A stretch of 64,000 nt of DNA from an uncultured Chloroflexia bacterium (lineage in GTDB: Bacteria > Chloroflexota > Chloroflexia > Thermomicrobiales > UBA6265): the NCBI GenBank assembly GCA_963724295.1, contig CAVRUC010000004.1:331551-395550 (forward strand), read 5' to 3'. Shown here piece by piece: positions 10,841 through 20,337 of the stretch. How positions within the stretch are numbered: position 1 is the stretch's first letter; every line of letters starts with the position of its first letter. The translations under genes were made by a program, and so were the position numbers. Below the pieces are notes generated by a model. The model was not told the DNA's origin, did not search any database, and saw only the letters and a list, made by a program, of their open reading frames with translations.

Positions 10841-10870
10841 TTGACGTTACACACGGTACGTCCGTACACT
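10841..10870 (+). promoter_or_regulatory. Sigma70-type promoter upstream of the SH3/lysozyme-like gene
   Basis: TTGACG (10841-10846) - 18 nt - TACACT (10865-10870). Confidence 0.5.
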
Positions 10871-11007
10871 ACGAAACGTACACCTTCGACTTCGCGTTGA
10901 AGGTGCGACTGGTCTTCTTGAGGGAGGAGGCCTGAGTCGAAAGCCGTCGCCCCCGGGTGACGCGGCTGCCGAGAGCCCGCGATGGGCTGGAGGGAAGGGC
11001 GCCGCCG

Positions 11008-12537
11008 ATGTCGAGGTTTATTTCCGTCTGTCTGCGTGCCGTCATGGCGCTGGTCGCGCTACTGGGGACGCTCGTCTCCAGTCCAGGTCCAGCGCTTGCC
11101 GCGACCGGCACGTTGAGCATGGAATCCGCCCTGCAGGAGTCCCCGGCGCACGAAGCGCCGTTGCTCGCGCTCCTGCCTGAGGGCACCGTGGTGTCGATCG
11201 ACGGCCCACCGATCGATGGCTTCTACCCGGTGACGGCGGGCGATCTTTCCGGCTGGATGCGCGGCGAGACCCTCTCGGTCGAGAAAGACGTCGTTGCAAC
11301 AGGGGATACCTCAAGCCCTCCATCCGCGGAATCGGACGGATTAGTTCCGGTCGAGCAGACAGCCAGCGCTGACCCGGCTTCGCTCGAGACACCAGCCACC
11401 GTCGACGCAGCCGCGGATCCGGCACCCAACAATGACCTTCCCGTCGAAACCGGGACCGAACCGGTTGCTGACGTCGCCAATGACGCCGAAGCACCGCCAG
11501 CCGATACGGGCGCTTTGCCGGTCGATCCAGTGACCGGCGCTGAACCAGTTAGCGAGCCCGCTCCCACCAACACGGCGGCTCTGGAGTCGACGGTCGAGAC
11601 GATCGGCGCCGCGACGCCGGTCCCGCTCGCCCCGGCGACCGAGACCCCGGTGGACGCGGCCGTGGAGCCCGCGCCAGATCCGAGCCCGGCGCCAAGTCCG
11701 ACCCCGCGGCCCGAGCCTGTGGGGCCGGCGAGTGTGACCGTCAACGCCCCGATTCGCACCGGTCCCGGACCCGACTTCGATCTGATCTTCACGGTGCCGA
11801 TGGGCAGCACCGTTCAGCAGACCGGCAACGTGACCGACGGCTACGTCACGGTGCAGTACAAGGAGGTTACCGGCTGGTTAGCCCTCGAGCAGCTCGGGGC
11901 GGCGAGCTCATTCATCGCCGAGACACCTATCGTGGAAACGGCGCCGCCGGTCGAGACAGCGCCGGGCGAGACCAACCCCGTCGCCACCGAGCCGGTCCCG
12001 GCCGAGCCGGTCACGGTCAAGACGCCGCGCCCTGGCTCAGGCGTCGCCTTCACGACCGTCGACATGAGTCTGCGCGCCGGTCCCAGTGCCAGCGAGGAGC
12101 CGATCACCGTCGTTCCGGCGGGATCGCGCGTCGTCCTCACCGGGGTCATGGAGGGTGGATTCCAACGTGTGACCTACCAGGATGAGATCGGCTGGATTTC
12201 CGACAACTACCTGGAGACACCCGCCGACCCGGAGCCGGATACGGGCAGACCCGGAGATGAGCAGTACTCCCGCAAGCAGATCGTACGTATCATCTACGCC
12301 GCTGCCGACCGCTACGGTCAATCCCGGTCCGATATGCTGCGCGTCGCTGAATGCGAGTCGAATCTCGATCCCTATGCCGTGAATCCCTCCGGGTCCTACG
12401 GACTCTTCCAGTTCATCCGCTCGACCTGGAGATCGACCCCTTACGGCAACGAGGACATCTTCGACCCCGAAGCAAACGCCAACGCGGCCGCCTGGATGTG
12501 GTCCGAGGGCCGCAAGAGCGAGTGGGTATGTCAGTAG
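11008..12537 (+). CDS. Secreted SH3b-repeat protein with C-terminal lysozyme/lytic-transglycosylase-like domain
   Basis: Signal peptide, three SH3-like repeats (IRTGPG.., LRAGPS.., GW), Pro/Glu/Ala linkers, VAECES..P.AVN..GSYGLFQF. Confidence 0.85.
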   Translation: MSRFISVCLRAVMALVALLGTLVSSPGPALAATGTLSMESALQESPAHEAPLLALLPEGTVVSIDGPPIDGFYPVTAGDLSGWMRGETLSVEKDVVATGDTSSPPSAESDGLVPVEQTASADPASLETPATVDAAADPAPNNDLPVETGTEPVADVANDAEAPPADTGALPVDPVTGAEPVSEPAPTNTAALESTVETIGAATPVPLAPATETPVDAAVEPAPDPSPAPSPTPRPEPVGPASVTVNAPIRTGPGPDFDLIFTVPMGSTVQQTGNVTDGYVTVQYKEVTGWLALEQLGAASSFIAETPIVETAPPVETAPGETNPVATEPVPAEPVTVKTPRPGSGVAFTTVDMSLRAGPSASEEPITVVPAGSRVVLTGVMEGGFQRVTYQDEIGWISDNYLETPADPEPDTGRPGDEQYSRKQIVRIIYAAADRYGQSRSDMLRVAECESNLDPYAVNPSGSYGLFQFIRSTWRSTPYGNEDIFDPEANANAAAWMWSEGRKSEWVCQ

Positions 12538-12538
12538 A

Positions 12539-12600
12539 CGGAGTCGGTGAGTCGGTCAGTCGGTCAGTCGTGAGTCGTGAGTGAGACGGTGAAAGACGGC
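12539..12600. repeat. Short 7-8 bp tandem repeats directly after the stop codon
   Basis: gagtcggt gagtcggt cagtcggt cagtcgt gagtcgt gagt. Confidence 0.75.
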
Positions 12601-12801
12601 CAGTAGGGGCGACGCCGGCGTCGTCCGCTTTCTCAGCCAGCCAGGTTCCTTGATCCACACCACCCCCTCTGGGCAGCGCGCCCGCTGATCACCCTCGAGC
12701 AAAACGACATCTCATCACCGCCCCGCGCTACCATGCTGATGACGGCCGCGGCTAAGTTGTCTGGCCGTCTCGCGCTCGCTGGCATAGCAGAGGAGTTCCC
12801 A

Positions 12802-13437
12802 ATGGACATGCTGCGACGTTTGTTTGGCGGTGACGAGCCGAGCTCCGAGACCGCGCGGTCTCGACCCCGTTCGCGAAACTTGTCTCCTGACGAGCAGGCA
12901 GTCGAGCGGTATCGGTACCTCTTGCGAACGGCTCCGCCGGAAACGATCGAAGAAGCGCACGCCGAGGCGTTCGCCAAGCTGACCTCGGAACAGCGCCGGA
13001 TGGTACTACAAGAGTTGACCCCGACCCTGACCCCGGCCGAGCGCGGAGCGGGTGCGACGGATGACGTCGATCCGCGTTCGCTGGCCCGGCTTGCCACCCG
13101 AGCCGAGGTGCGCCAGCCCGGCACGCTGGAGCGGACCTGGTCCGGCATGCCCGCGGGCGCCGGGATGGGCGGCATGGGCATGGGCGGTTTCATGGCGGGC
13201 AATTTCACGAGCACGATCGCCGGGGTCGTGGTCGGCAGCTTGATCGCCGATGCATTTCTCGGTGATGCCGGGTACGACGCGGGGTCCGCCGAGACTGCCG
13301 ATGCCTCCGCCGGCACATTCGACGCCGAGGGCGGCGACTTCGGAGGCGGGGATCCCGGATCTGGCGACGGTGGCGCGTTCGGCGACATGGGGGGCGACTT
13401 CGGCGGTTTCGGTGATTTCGGAGGCGGCGATTTCTGA
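12802..13437 (+). CDS. Hypothetical protein with Gly/Asp/Phe-rich tail
   Basis: RBS GAGGAG before ATG; ERYRYLLRTAPPETIEEAHAEAF core; GGDFGG tail. Confidence 0.75.
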   Translation: MDMLRRLFGGDEPSSETARSRPRSRNLSPDEQAVERYRYLLRTAPPETIEEAHAEAFAKLTSEQRRMVLQELTPTLTPAERGAGATDDVDPRSLARLATRAEVRQPGTLERTWSGMPAGAGMGGMGMGGFMAGNFTSTIAGVVVGSLIADAFLGDAGYDAGSAETADASAGTFDAEGGDFGGGDPGSGDGGAFGDMGGDFGGFGDFGGGDF

Positions 13438-13480
13438 CGCTCCGTAATCTGCTGCGCTAGGAGGGCGTGACCAGTCGCCG

Positions 13481-14644
13481 ATGACCGCCATCCGGGATCG
13501 CGTCCGAATCGGGTTGCTCGGTTGCGTAATCGCGGCCGTCTCGTTGGTGGCCATCGGTCTCGTCGTTCTGCTCGTCGTCGCGGCGGTGCCGGATCGGTTC
13601 GGGCTGCTGTTGAGCGTGACCGCGGCATCTATCCCGGCACTGGTCTACGCCGCCATCGTGCTCCGTCTCGATCGCTACGAGATCGAACCGCTGCGCGCCG
13701 TGCTGGCGTGCTTCGCCTGGGGCGCGATCGGCGCGGTCTTGTTCAGCGTCGCCACCGGACTGCTCTTCCAGTTCGCTGTTGAAGAGATGCTTGGCGCCGA
13801 GGTTGCCCAGGCGGCCTCGGTCGTGATTGGCGCGCCATTGGTCGAGGAGTCGTTCAAGGGCATCGCGGTTCTCGCCGTGCTCATCGTTGCTCGGGACGAG
13901 ATCGATAGCACGCTCGATGGCCTCGTCTACGGCGCGTTGGTCGGCGTCGGCTTCGCGATGACAGAGAACATCTTGTACTTCGGACAAGCGTATCTGGAAG
14001 GCGGTCTCGGCGAGTTCGGCACGCTCGTGCTCAGCCGCGCGGTGCTCGGCGGCTTCGGCCATCCCGCGTACACCGCGATCACGGGCGCCGCGATCGGCTG
14101 GTCGCGCGGGCGCTACGGACGGGGAATCGCCCGTGTCATCGTCCCGATCCTGGGGTGGGCATTAGCCGTCGGCCTCCACGTCGCCTGGAATGGAGGGCTG
14201 GTCCTGTCGTCCGTCCTGATGGATCCGGACACGGGACTGCTGAAGCTGGTGGCGGTGCAAACCGCGATCGTGATCGTGCCGGCGGTTCTCGTGCTCTACA
14301 CCATCGCGCGCATGTCGGCGCGGCACGAATTGACGATTCTGCGCAAGGAACTTCGCACCGAGGTGGAGCGAGGAACGATCACGCCGGCAGAATATGAGTC
14401 GATCGTCGATGCCGAGAAGCGCCAGCGCGCGCTGGCGTCGGCCCGAGCGCGGGGCGGCCGGGCCCTACGCCGGCGACAGCAGGCCTTCTTCAGCACAGCG
14501 GCCGATCTGGCCTTTCGCAACCACCACCGGCAACAGGGCGAGCCGTCCAAACCAGGTCAGGCCGCCCGAGACGACATCGACCGGGAGCGCTTGATTGCGC
14601 TCCGGCGTGAGCTCGCCCCGGACTCGCTTCTCCGCGAAAGCTGA
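13481..14644 (+). CDS. PrsW family intramembrane metalloprotease
   Basis: DRYEIEP, APLVEESFKG, GFAMTEN, GH and LHVAWN motifs; multiple TM segments. Confidence 0.93.
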   Translation: MTAIRDRVRIGLLGCVIAAVSLVAIGLVVLLVVAAVPDRFGLLLSVTAASIPALVYAAIVLRLDRYEIEPLRAVLACFAWGAIGAVLFSVATGLLFQFAVEEMLGAEVAQAASVVIGAPLVEESFKGIAVLAVLIVARDEIDSTLDGLVYGALVGVGFAMTENILYFGQAYLEGGLGEFGTLVLSRAVLGGFGHPAYTAITGAAIGWSRGRYGRGIARVIVPILGWALAVGLHVAWNGGLVLSSVLMDPDTGLLKLVAVQTAIVIVPAVLVLYTIARMSARHELTILRKELRTEVERGTITPAEYESIVDAEKRQRALASARARGGRALRRRQQAFFSTAADLAFRNHHRQQGEPSKPGQAARDDIDRERLIALRRELAPDSLLRES

Positions 14645-14705
14645 CGGGCCGTCGCGTCCCACACCGGATTCAGCACCGGCGCGAGCGACCTTGCGGAAAA
14701 ACGAA

Positions 14706-14742
14706 GCCGGACCGTTCGACCGGGATGGTCGAACGGTCCGGC
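14706..14742. terminator. Hairpin between convergent genes (probable intrinsic terminator)
   Basis: GCCGGACCGTTCGACC-loop-GGTCGAACGGTCCGGC perfect 16-bp stem. Confidence 0.75.
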
Positions 14743-14788
14743 GCCTGATGAAGCGCTATGGCTTCGAGCGTCTCACGCCGCGAGTTCG

Positions 14789-15628
14789 CTACGGAGACGG
14801 AGTCTCTGTCGCATCCTCGAGTTCCGCCTCCGCGGTCTCGATCGCATCGGCCACCGCCGTCGCCAATCCAGGCGTAGCCGCGGGGGTCGCCTCATCCCCT
14901 GCCCCCATCGGGGTGGCGCGGGCTGCGACCGGGCTCGCCTGCGATGGCGTGGCCACAATGCCGGCCGGTGCCTCGTCTTCCTCTTCCGTGGCCGCGGGAG
15001 CGGCCACAGTCGCGGCCGGAGTCGGATCGACGACGGCTGCATCCTGCTGCGGCCGGAAGAAGAACCACCAGAGCAACGCGGCGATCGCCAGGGCGCCAAG
15101 AATCCACCACAGCCAGTTTCTATCCGGCTCCCTCGGTGGGGGCGGAGCGGTTGGTCGCGGTGGTGGCGGTGGCGTGGGCGTGCCAACATCCGGACTCGGC
15201 TCCGTGGCGGCAGCGACAGGAGCGGCAGCGGCAACAGGAGCCGCCGCGGCAACAGGAGCCGCAGCCGCGGCGCCAACTCCCAAGCGCGCGCTACGGAACC
15301 CGGCGTCACGAGCCGCTGCCTCATTTGTGAAGCAGACTTCCGGGGTGGTGCGATCGTAGTTTGCCTGCCCAGGAGTGTGGAAGACCCGGGACGGCAGGTT
15401 GCCTTTTACCGGGTAACCAGCCGGACAGTCTCTGCCCTCGCTGGGGCGCGCCGCATCCACCGGAATCCATTCGCCCGACTCGATATCGGCAACGCCTTCC
15501 GTCCATTGATCGGCATCGGGATCGTAGTAACCCACGGTTGCATCGGGCGTATCAGTAGCTCCGAGAACCCATTCGCTCGTCTCCGGGTTCCGGTACCCGG
15601 AGCGAAACCGCCGAGGCCCACCAGTCAT
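14789..15628 (-). CDS. Membrane-anchored hypothetical protein with small Ada-like metal-binding ('KGN..HxPG..Y..CF') domain
   Basis: CPAGYPVKGNLPSRVFHTPGQANYDRTTPEVCFTNEAAARDAGFR; Ala/Pro linker; single TM WLWWILGALAIAALLWWFF. Confidence 0.7.
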   Translation of the reverse strand: MTGGPRRFRSGYRNPETSEWVLGATDTPDATVGYYDPDADQWTEGVADIESGEWIPVDAARPSEGRDCPAGYPVKGNLPSRVFHTPGQANYDRTTPEVCFTNEAAARDAGFRSARLGVGAAAAAPVAAAAPVAAAAPVAAATEPSPDVGTPTPPPPPRPTAPPPPREPDRNWLWWILGALAIAALLWWFFFRPQQDAAVVDPTPAATVAAPAATEEEDEAPAGIVATPSQASPVAARATPMGAGDEATPAATPGLATAVADAIETAEAELEDATETPSP

Positions 15629-15956
15629 CAACCCTCTCCTCCCGAATCGCGAAAGCCCTGTTTCAGACCTCGCGAGCCGCCCCGCGCGCAAGGACGGGGA
15701 GAAAACTCGCTTCTCGCCCTATCACATTGTACTGCGTTCACTCAATGCGGCGGCTCAGCTTCTGCTCGACCGTCGTCGTCCCCGTCACCTCCCGTCAAGA
15801 CGCGACCGTAGACGGCAGTTTTCTTCTGCTGCTTGCATTCGCCATGCCAGAGTCTCGCCTGCCGCATTCCTCGATTCCATCGCGTTGCGTGCGAGGCGAA
15901 GGCCATGGGATCGGGCAGTCGTGGCCCCGAACCAACTGGCAGGGGATACTTTGGTC

Positions 15957-17153
15957 ATGACATCGACGGCGACGGCGGCGTCCCCGCACCTGGCGCTCCA
16001 TCCGCGCCCGACGACCCGCCAGCGGCTGACAAGCCGGGTCAAGTCACTCGCGCTCGCGCATGGCCTGTCGGTCTCCGCGGTGACGAGTGCTGAGTCGTTC
16101 CCTGAGGTCTTCCGCATCCTGCGCGACCGAATCGAGGCCGGTCATCTGGCCGGGATGGATTGGTTCACGACCGAGCGCGCCGCGGCGTCATGTGATCCGA
16201 AGACGCTGATGGACAATCCCCTGTCGATCCTCTCTGTTGGCGTCGCTTACTGGGGCAGCGACGACGGCAAGCCTGAGGACGGCGTGCCGCGCGGGCGCAT
16301 CAGCCGCTACGCGCGGGGGATCGATTACCATCAGATCCTCCAGGAACGGATGCGCGCGCTGCACACGGCCATCGAGGAGATGGCCGGACAGCCCGTTGCG
16401 GCCAGGTTCCTGACCGATCATGCCCGGATCGTCGATCGCGCCGTCGCGGCCCGCGCCGGGCTGGGCTGGTACGGCAAGAACGCCTGCATCATCGTGCCCG
16501 GGCACGGCTCCTGGGTCATGCTCGGCGAGCTGTTGCTCGATCTCGACCTCGAACCGGACGAGCCACTGGACAAGCACTGCGGACGCTGTGGCATCTGTCT
16601 CGATCGCTGCCCGACGGGAGCGATCGTTGCCCCCTATACGATCCACACGCCATTGTGCATCTCATTTCAAACGATTGAGCAGCGCGGTGCGATCCCCCGC
16701 GAGTTACGGCCGCACCTCGGCGACTGGGTCTTCGGCTGCGACGTCTGCCAGGAGGTCTGCCCCTACACCCGCGCCGCCGCCGAGGAGCCGGACCCGGCCT
16801 TCCTGCCCCGGCATCCGGACAATGCCTACCCCTCGCTGCATCGCCTGCTGGAGATGTCGACCCGGACGTTCCGCGAGCGGTACCGGGGCACGGCCGTCAT
16901 GCGGGCACGGCGGGCCGGGTTGGCTCGCAATGCGGCAGTCGCGCTGGGGAACATCGGGACCGAGGATGATGTGCCGCCTCTGACGCGGGCTGCCCTGGGT
17001 CACGATGTGGTGCTGGTGCGCGGTCATGCCGCCTGGGCGCTGGGGAGGATCGGTGGCAGCCATGCCCGGAGGGCGCTGGAACGCGCCTGGGAGCGTGAGC
17101 GCGAGGCGGAGGCGAGAGCGGAGATCGCTCTCTCGCTGGAAGACGTGGCCTGA
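15957..17153 (+). CDS. queG: tRNA epoxyqueuosine(34) reductase QueG
   Basis: ISRYARGIDYH, AGLGWYGKN, CGRCGICLDRCPTGA, CISFQTIE, FGCDVCQEVCP, HEAT-repeat tail. Confidence 0.96.
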   Translation: MTSTATAASPHLALHPRPTTRQRLTSRVKSLALAHGLSVSAVTSAESFPEVFRILRDRIEAGHLAGMDWFTTERAAASCDPKTLMDNPLSILSVGVAYWGSDDGKPEDGVPRGRISRYARGIDYHQILQERMRALHTAIEEMAGQPVAARFLTDHARIVDRAVAARAGLGWYGKNACIIVPGHGSWVMLGELLLDLDLEPDEPLDKHCGRCGICLDRCPTGAIVAPYTIHTPLCISFQTIEQRGAIPRELRPHLGDWVFGCDVCQEVCPYTRAAAEEPDPAFLPRHPDNAYPSLHRLLEMSTRTFRERYRGTAVMRARRAGLARNAAVALGNIGTEDDVPPLTRAALGHDVVLVRGHAAWALGRIGGSHARRALERAWEREREAEARAEIALSLEDVA

Positions 17154-17491
17154 TCCGATAGGGCTTCATCCCGGAAACCGCCTCACGGACCCATGTTGAG
17201 AAGCACTCGGCGCGGACGGGGCGTGCTGGGCGCCGCCTGATGATGACCACCACTCCGCTTGAGGCGAGGAGGTCACCATAGGCCGGAGTCAGGTCACTTG
17301 GCCCACAGTGGGGCTTGCGGCCGAACCAGAACTCACAATGAAGGGTCCGCCGGAAAGAGGGAGTGCTCGAACTCGACTACCCGACCGAGACAGGCAACCC
17401 ATTCTGAAGACCGCCGATCCTCGCCGGTCACACTCAGGGACTAGACTTGCTAGCACCCCGTCAGCACGAGTAAGGCCGATCTGACCTCGGA

Positions 17492-18505
17492 TCATGGGAA
17501 AAAGAGTTGAGCGGGCTGCGGAGCTGAAGTCCCTGTCGTGTAGGCAGCACGTTCGGCTTCAATAGCCTCGTTAAGTCCCCACTTAGGTGGGTAAAACAGT
17601 GCAACCGGAGACGCAGTAGGCACGAAGCTAGTCTTGATTCGAACCCGGTTGCTCTGCAGTTCTGGATAGGCAACCCGCGAATACTTGTCGATTTCGCAGA
17701 AGAGGTTCTGGCAGTCGATAGCGTGGAGACGCCGACCCCATAGAGACTGGAATTTAATCCCCAATCGGGCGAACTCGATTTCCTGGAGTTCCACCATCCA
17801 TCGGATGACACGCGGTAGCGACCACGAGCCCGTGTTAACGAAGCACTTTCTGATACCGCGTTCAGCCCCAGGTCCTGGCATCGTGAACTCGTCCTCGTCA
17901 AAGTCTGTAAGCTCGCTGTAGTTGATGTCGATAGCGAGTTGGTAGGCCATGAAAGGCCCGATCATCGGGTACTCGATGAGCATTCGGTAAAGATCGTCAA
18001 GCCTCCGAGCTCGCACCACTTTCTGCGCCAGACCGTCCTGCATCATCCTATTGACGAGCAAAAGGTGGTTCTGATGTTTACGTCGGCACCCGAATGCTTG
18101 GCTCATGGATAGAATGAAGGCATTCGTATATATCGTTTGTCCTTGACTCAACGCCCTTTCAAGTGTCTGATCGAGTGCGGCAGGGTCAAAGGATTTCACG
18201 CTGAGTCGGCCGTGGGCGGACTTCAAGAGCTTCCACGTGTCAATCTTGCTAAACAAACGGAACAGGATGATTCTCAGCAACGTGTCTTCGGCGGAGAATC
18301 CTGGTTCGTAGATAACATTTCTAATGAGGAACTGCGACACCCGGTCGCTCGCACGATACGCGTTGCAAAACTTAAATGTCCGCAAAATCGGGTCGTACGA
18401 CCACGGAGGCGGCTCACCTCGGTGCCGGCGAAAGAAAATGGCTTGCCGTTCTGCCGCGAAGCACCAATAGGCATCTAGAACGTCGCGCCGAGGTGTCAGG
18501 TCCAT
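17492..18505 (-). CDS. 5-hmdU DNA kinase-like / aGPT-pyrophosphorylase clade 1 (DNA base hypermodification family) protein
   Basis: FAAERQAIFFRR..G.PPPWS.DPIL..FKFCNAYRASDRVSQ, LFRLFSKIDTW, HhH-like YPMIGPFMAYQLAIDINYS, GPGAERGI, DCQNLFCEIDKYSR. Confidence 0.82.
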   Translation of the reverse strand: MDLTPRRDVLDAYWCFAAERQAIFFRRHRGEPPPWSYDPILRTFKFCNAYRASDRVSQFLIRNVIYEPGFSAEDTLLRIILFRLFSKIDTWKLLKSAHGRLSVKSFDPAALDQTLERALSQGQTIYTNAFILSMSQAFGCRRKHQNHLLLVNRMMQDGLAQKVVRARRLDDLYRMLIEYPMIGPFMAYQLAIDINYSELTDFDEDEFTMPGPGAERGIRKCFVNTGSWSLPRVIRWMVELQEIEFARLGIKFQSLWGRRLHAIDCQNLFCEIDKYSRVAYPELQSNRVRIKTSFVPTASPVALFYPPKWGLNEAIEAERAAYTTGTSAPQPAQLFFP

Positions 18506-18572
18506 CAGTCCATCTTAGCATTGGCTCCAAGCGGGACAATGTAATGTGGCGGTCGACCGGGGAGGACGCAGG

Positions 18573-19735
18573 TTGCTGGCTATCGACGCACTTAGCGCTG
18601 ACTTGGTGTGGCGGGAGTTAGCAAGCCGCTACGGGTCGAGGGTAAAGTCCAAGAAGGGCGTGATCAGCCCACTCGAGAACTGCTCCACGTGAGCTTCAGT
18701 ATTTCAGACCCACGACAACGACTGGTCTTTGTTCGGCCCATGAATCCGGCGTTCGCAGTCGCCGAGGTCATCTGGATGCTCTCTGGCTTCAATGATGTCG
18801 AGTGGCTCGCATGGTGGAATCCACGAGTCAAACGGCTGGCCGCGGACGAGGGCAACCCGGCATTTCAAGGAGCCTACGGGGAGCGTCTCGGAAGTCGGCC
18901 GAGGGTCGGGGAAAACCTTGCCCGCACGCTTCGCCATCAATCAATCCGTTCCAGCCGCCGCCTTGACCAACTAAAACTGGCGGCGGAGGCCCTCCAGGCC
19001 GAACCCACCAGCCGCCAGATTGTGCTCCAGATTTGGGATGCCGACCGCGACTTACCGAATCCGTTTTCCCGCTCGCGCGATGTCCCCTGTAACCTAATAA
19101 GCCACCTACTCATCCGCGACGGGCGGTTGGAGTGGTTTCAGGTGATGCGATCGAATGACATTATGTGGGGCCTACCATACAACCTGGTCCAGTTCACTAC
19201 ATTGCAGGAGATTCTGGCTGGTTGGTTAGGCATCGAACTTGGTAGTTACCAGCACATCAGCAATTCCTTGCACGTCTACCAACGCCATTGGGAACAGCTT
19301 GACGCCCTAGACCTAAATAAGAGCGATGTGCCGCGAAACTCGAGCGACCTCCGCGTTAATCCATACGTTGAATGGGAAGAGGTGTGGTCGAGGGTGGTTA
19401 CTTGCGTCAACCAGATGATGCATATGGAAGACCGAAGGCAACTCGAGAACGTGCCAAACCAGTACGCCGACCTGCCGTCAGCCTACCGAGAGTGGATCGC
19501 CTTGTTAGCAGCCGAGGCACTCCGCAGGATCGCCGAACCTAACGCGGCAGATCGCATTGTACAATTGGCGGGGCCGTTCTGGTCTCGCAGCTGGCGGAAA
19601 TGGGCCGCGGCCGAGTCGCAACGCAGGAACTTCCGGATTGCTGACGCAGCCCCCCCCGAGTTGAGCAAAGGTTGCTACTCGCGATCATTGGATGCGGCGG
19701 CTAATACTCATGGTGTGAGACAGCTAACTCCCTGA
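18573..19735 (+). CDS. Thymidylate-synthase-fold protein, dUMP hydroxymethylase-like; N-terminus frameshifted near 18630
   Basis: NPAFAVAEVIW, GAYGERL, SRQIVLQIWD, DVPCN, MRSNDIMWGLPYN, SLHVY; RBS GGAGG 18561-18565 before TTG 18573 whose frame joins ORF 18608..19735 after a 1-nt shift. Confidence 0.88.
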
Positions 19736-19850
19736 CCTACGGCTGTCCTGTCACAAGACGCGTTCTCGTTAAGTCCCGTTCGCTCCATCTCCTAGTCGGT
19801 GAGAACTGAAATTTTGGTAGACACGCTCGCACCTCGTGTCGGGGTTGGGC

Positions 19851-19931
19851 TTGACGTCGTGGCTCCGAAACACTATCATGTCAGAAAATCTGACAAAAAT
19901 CAGAGGTCAGGTTCTTTATATTCTGACAAAA
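19851..19931 (+). promoter_or_regulatory. Sigma70 promoter with overlapping palindromic operator
   Basis: TTGACG (19851-19856) - 17 nt - TATCAT (19874-19879); TGTCAGA-AAA-TCTGACA (19879-19895); TCTGACAAAA repeated at 19889 and 19922. Confidence 0.8.
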
Positions 19932-19955
19932 CATTAGGCGCAGGGAGACCGTGCA

Positions 19956-20312
19956 GTGGCAACAACTAGTGCATCTAACGGCCCGTCGGCGGCAATCTCT
20001 GCGCGGGAGATCCAAGAACTGGTAATGGCTGGGCTGGCCGTGGTCCAGGCACTTACCCCGGCTGAACTGGAACAAGAAGTGAAAGCAGCCGGAGGAGATG
20101 TGGAGATCGATTCTCCCCAGGCCGAGGTTATCTTGGCCAGATTCGAAAAGCACTTTGGCTGCAAACTGCCTGCAGTGTCGGACCTCGACCCGGAGCAGTT
20201 CACCAGCATTGAGGCGCTAGTGGAGCTAGTTGAACGACGGCTGGCGGTGAACTTGCCATCACCGATCCTATCGCAAGCTAATCGCGATGGTGCGGACGTT
20301 CGTGTTGCATGA
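19956..20312 (+). CDS. Acyl-carrier-protein-like (phosphopantetheine-binding) protein
   Basis: Small and acidic; IDS(53)PQAEVILARFEKHFGCKLP..DLDPEQFTSIEALVELV follows the ACP helix II-IV pattern; AcpS two genes downstream. Confidence 0.72.
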   Translation: MATTSASNGPSAAISAREIQELVMAGLAVVQALTPAELEQEVKAAGGDVEIDSPQAEVILARFEKHFGCKLPAVSDLDPEQFTSIEALVELVERRLAVNLPSPILSQANRDGADVRVA

Positions 20313-20337
20313 CCGTGTTGCTAGAGGGGAGCTGAGA

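Noticed and set aside
15957..17153. queG as part of a 7-deazaguanine DNA modification system with the island
   Set aside because: No DpdA/TGT, QueC, QueD, QueE or FolE homologues in the island; queG has host-like composition
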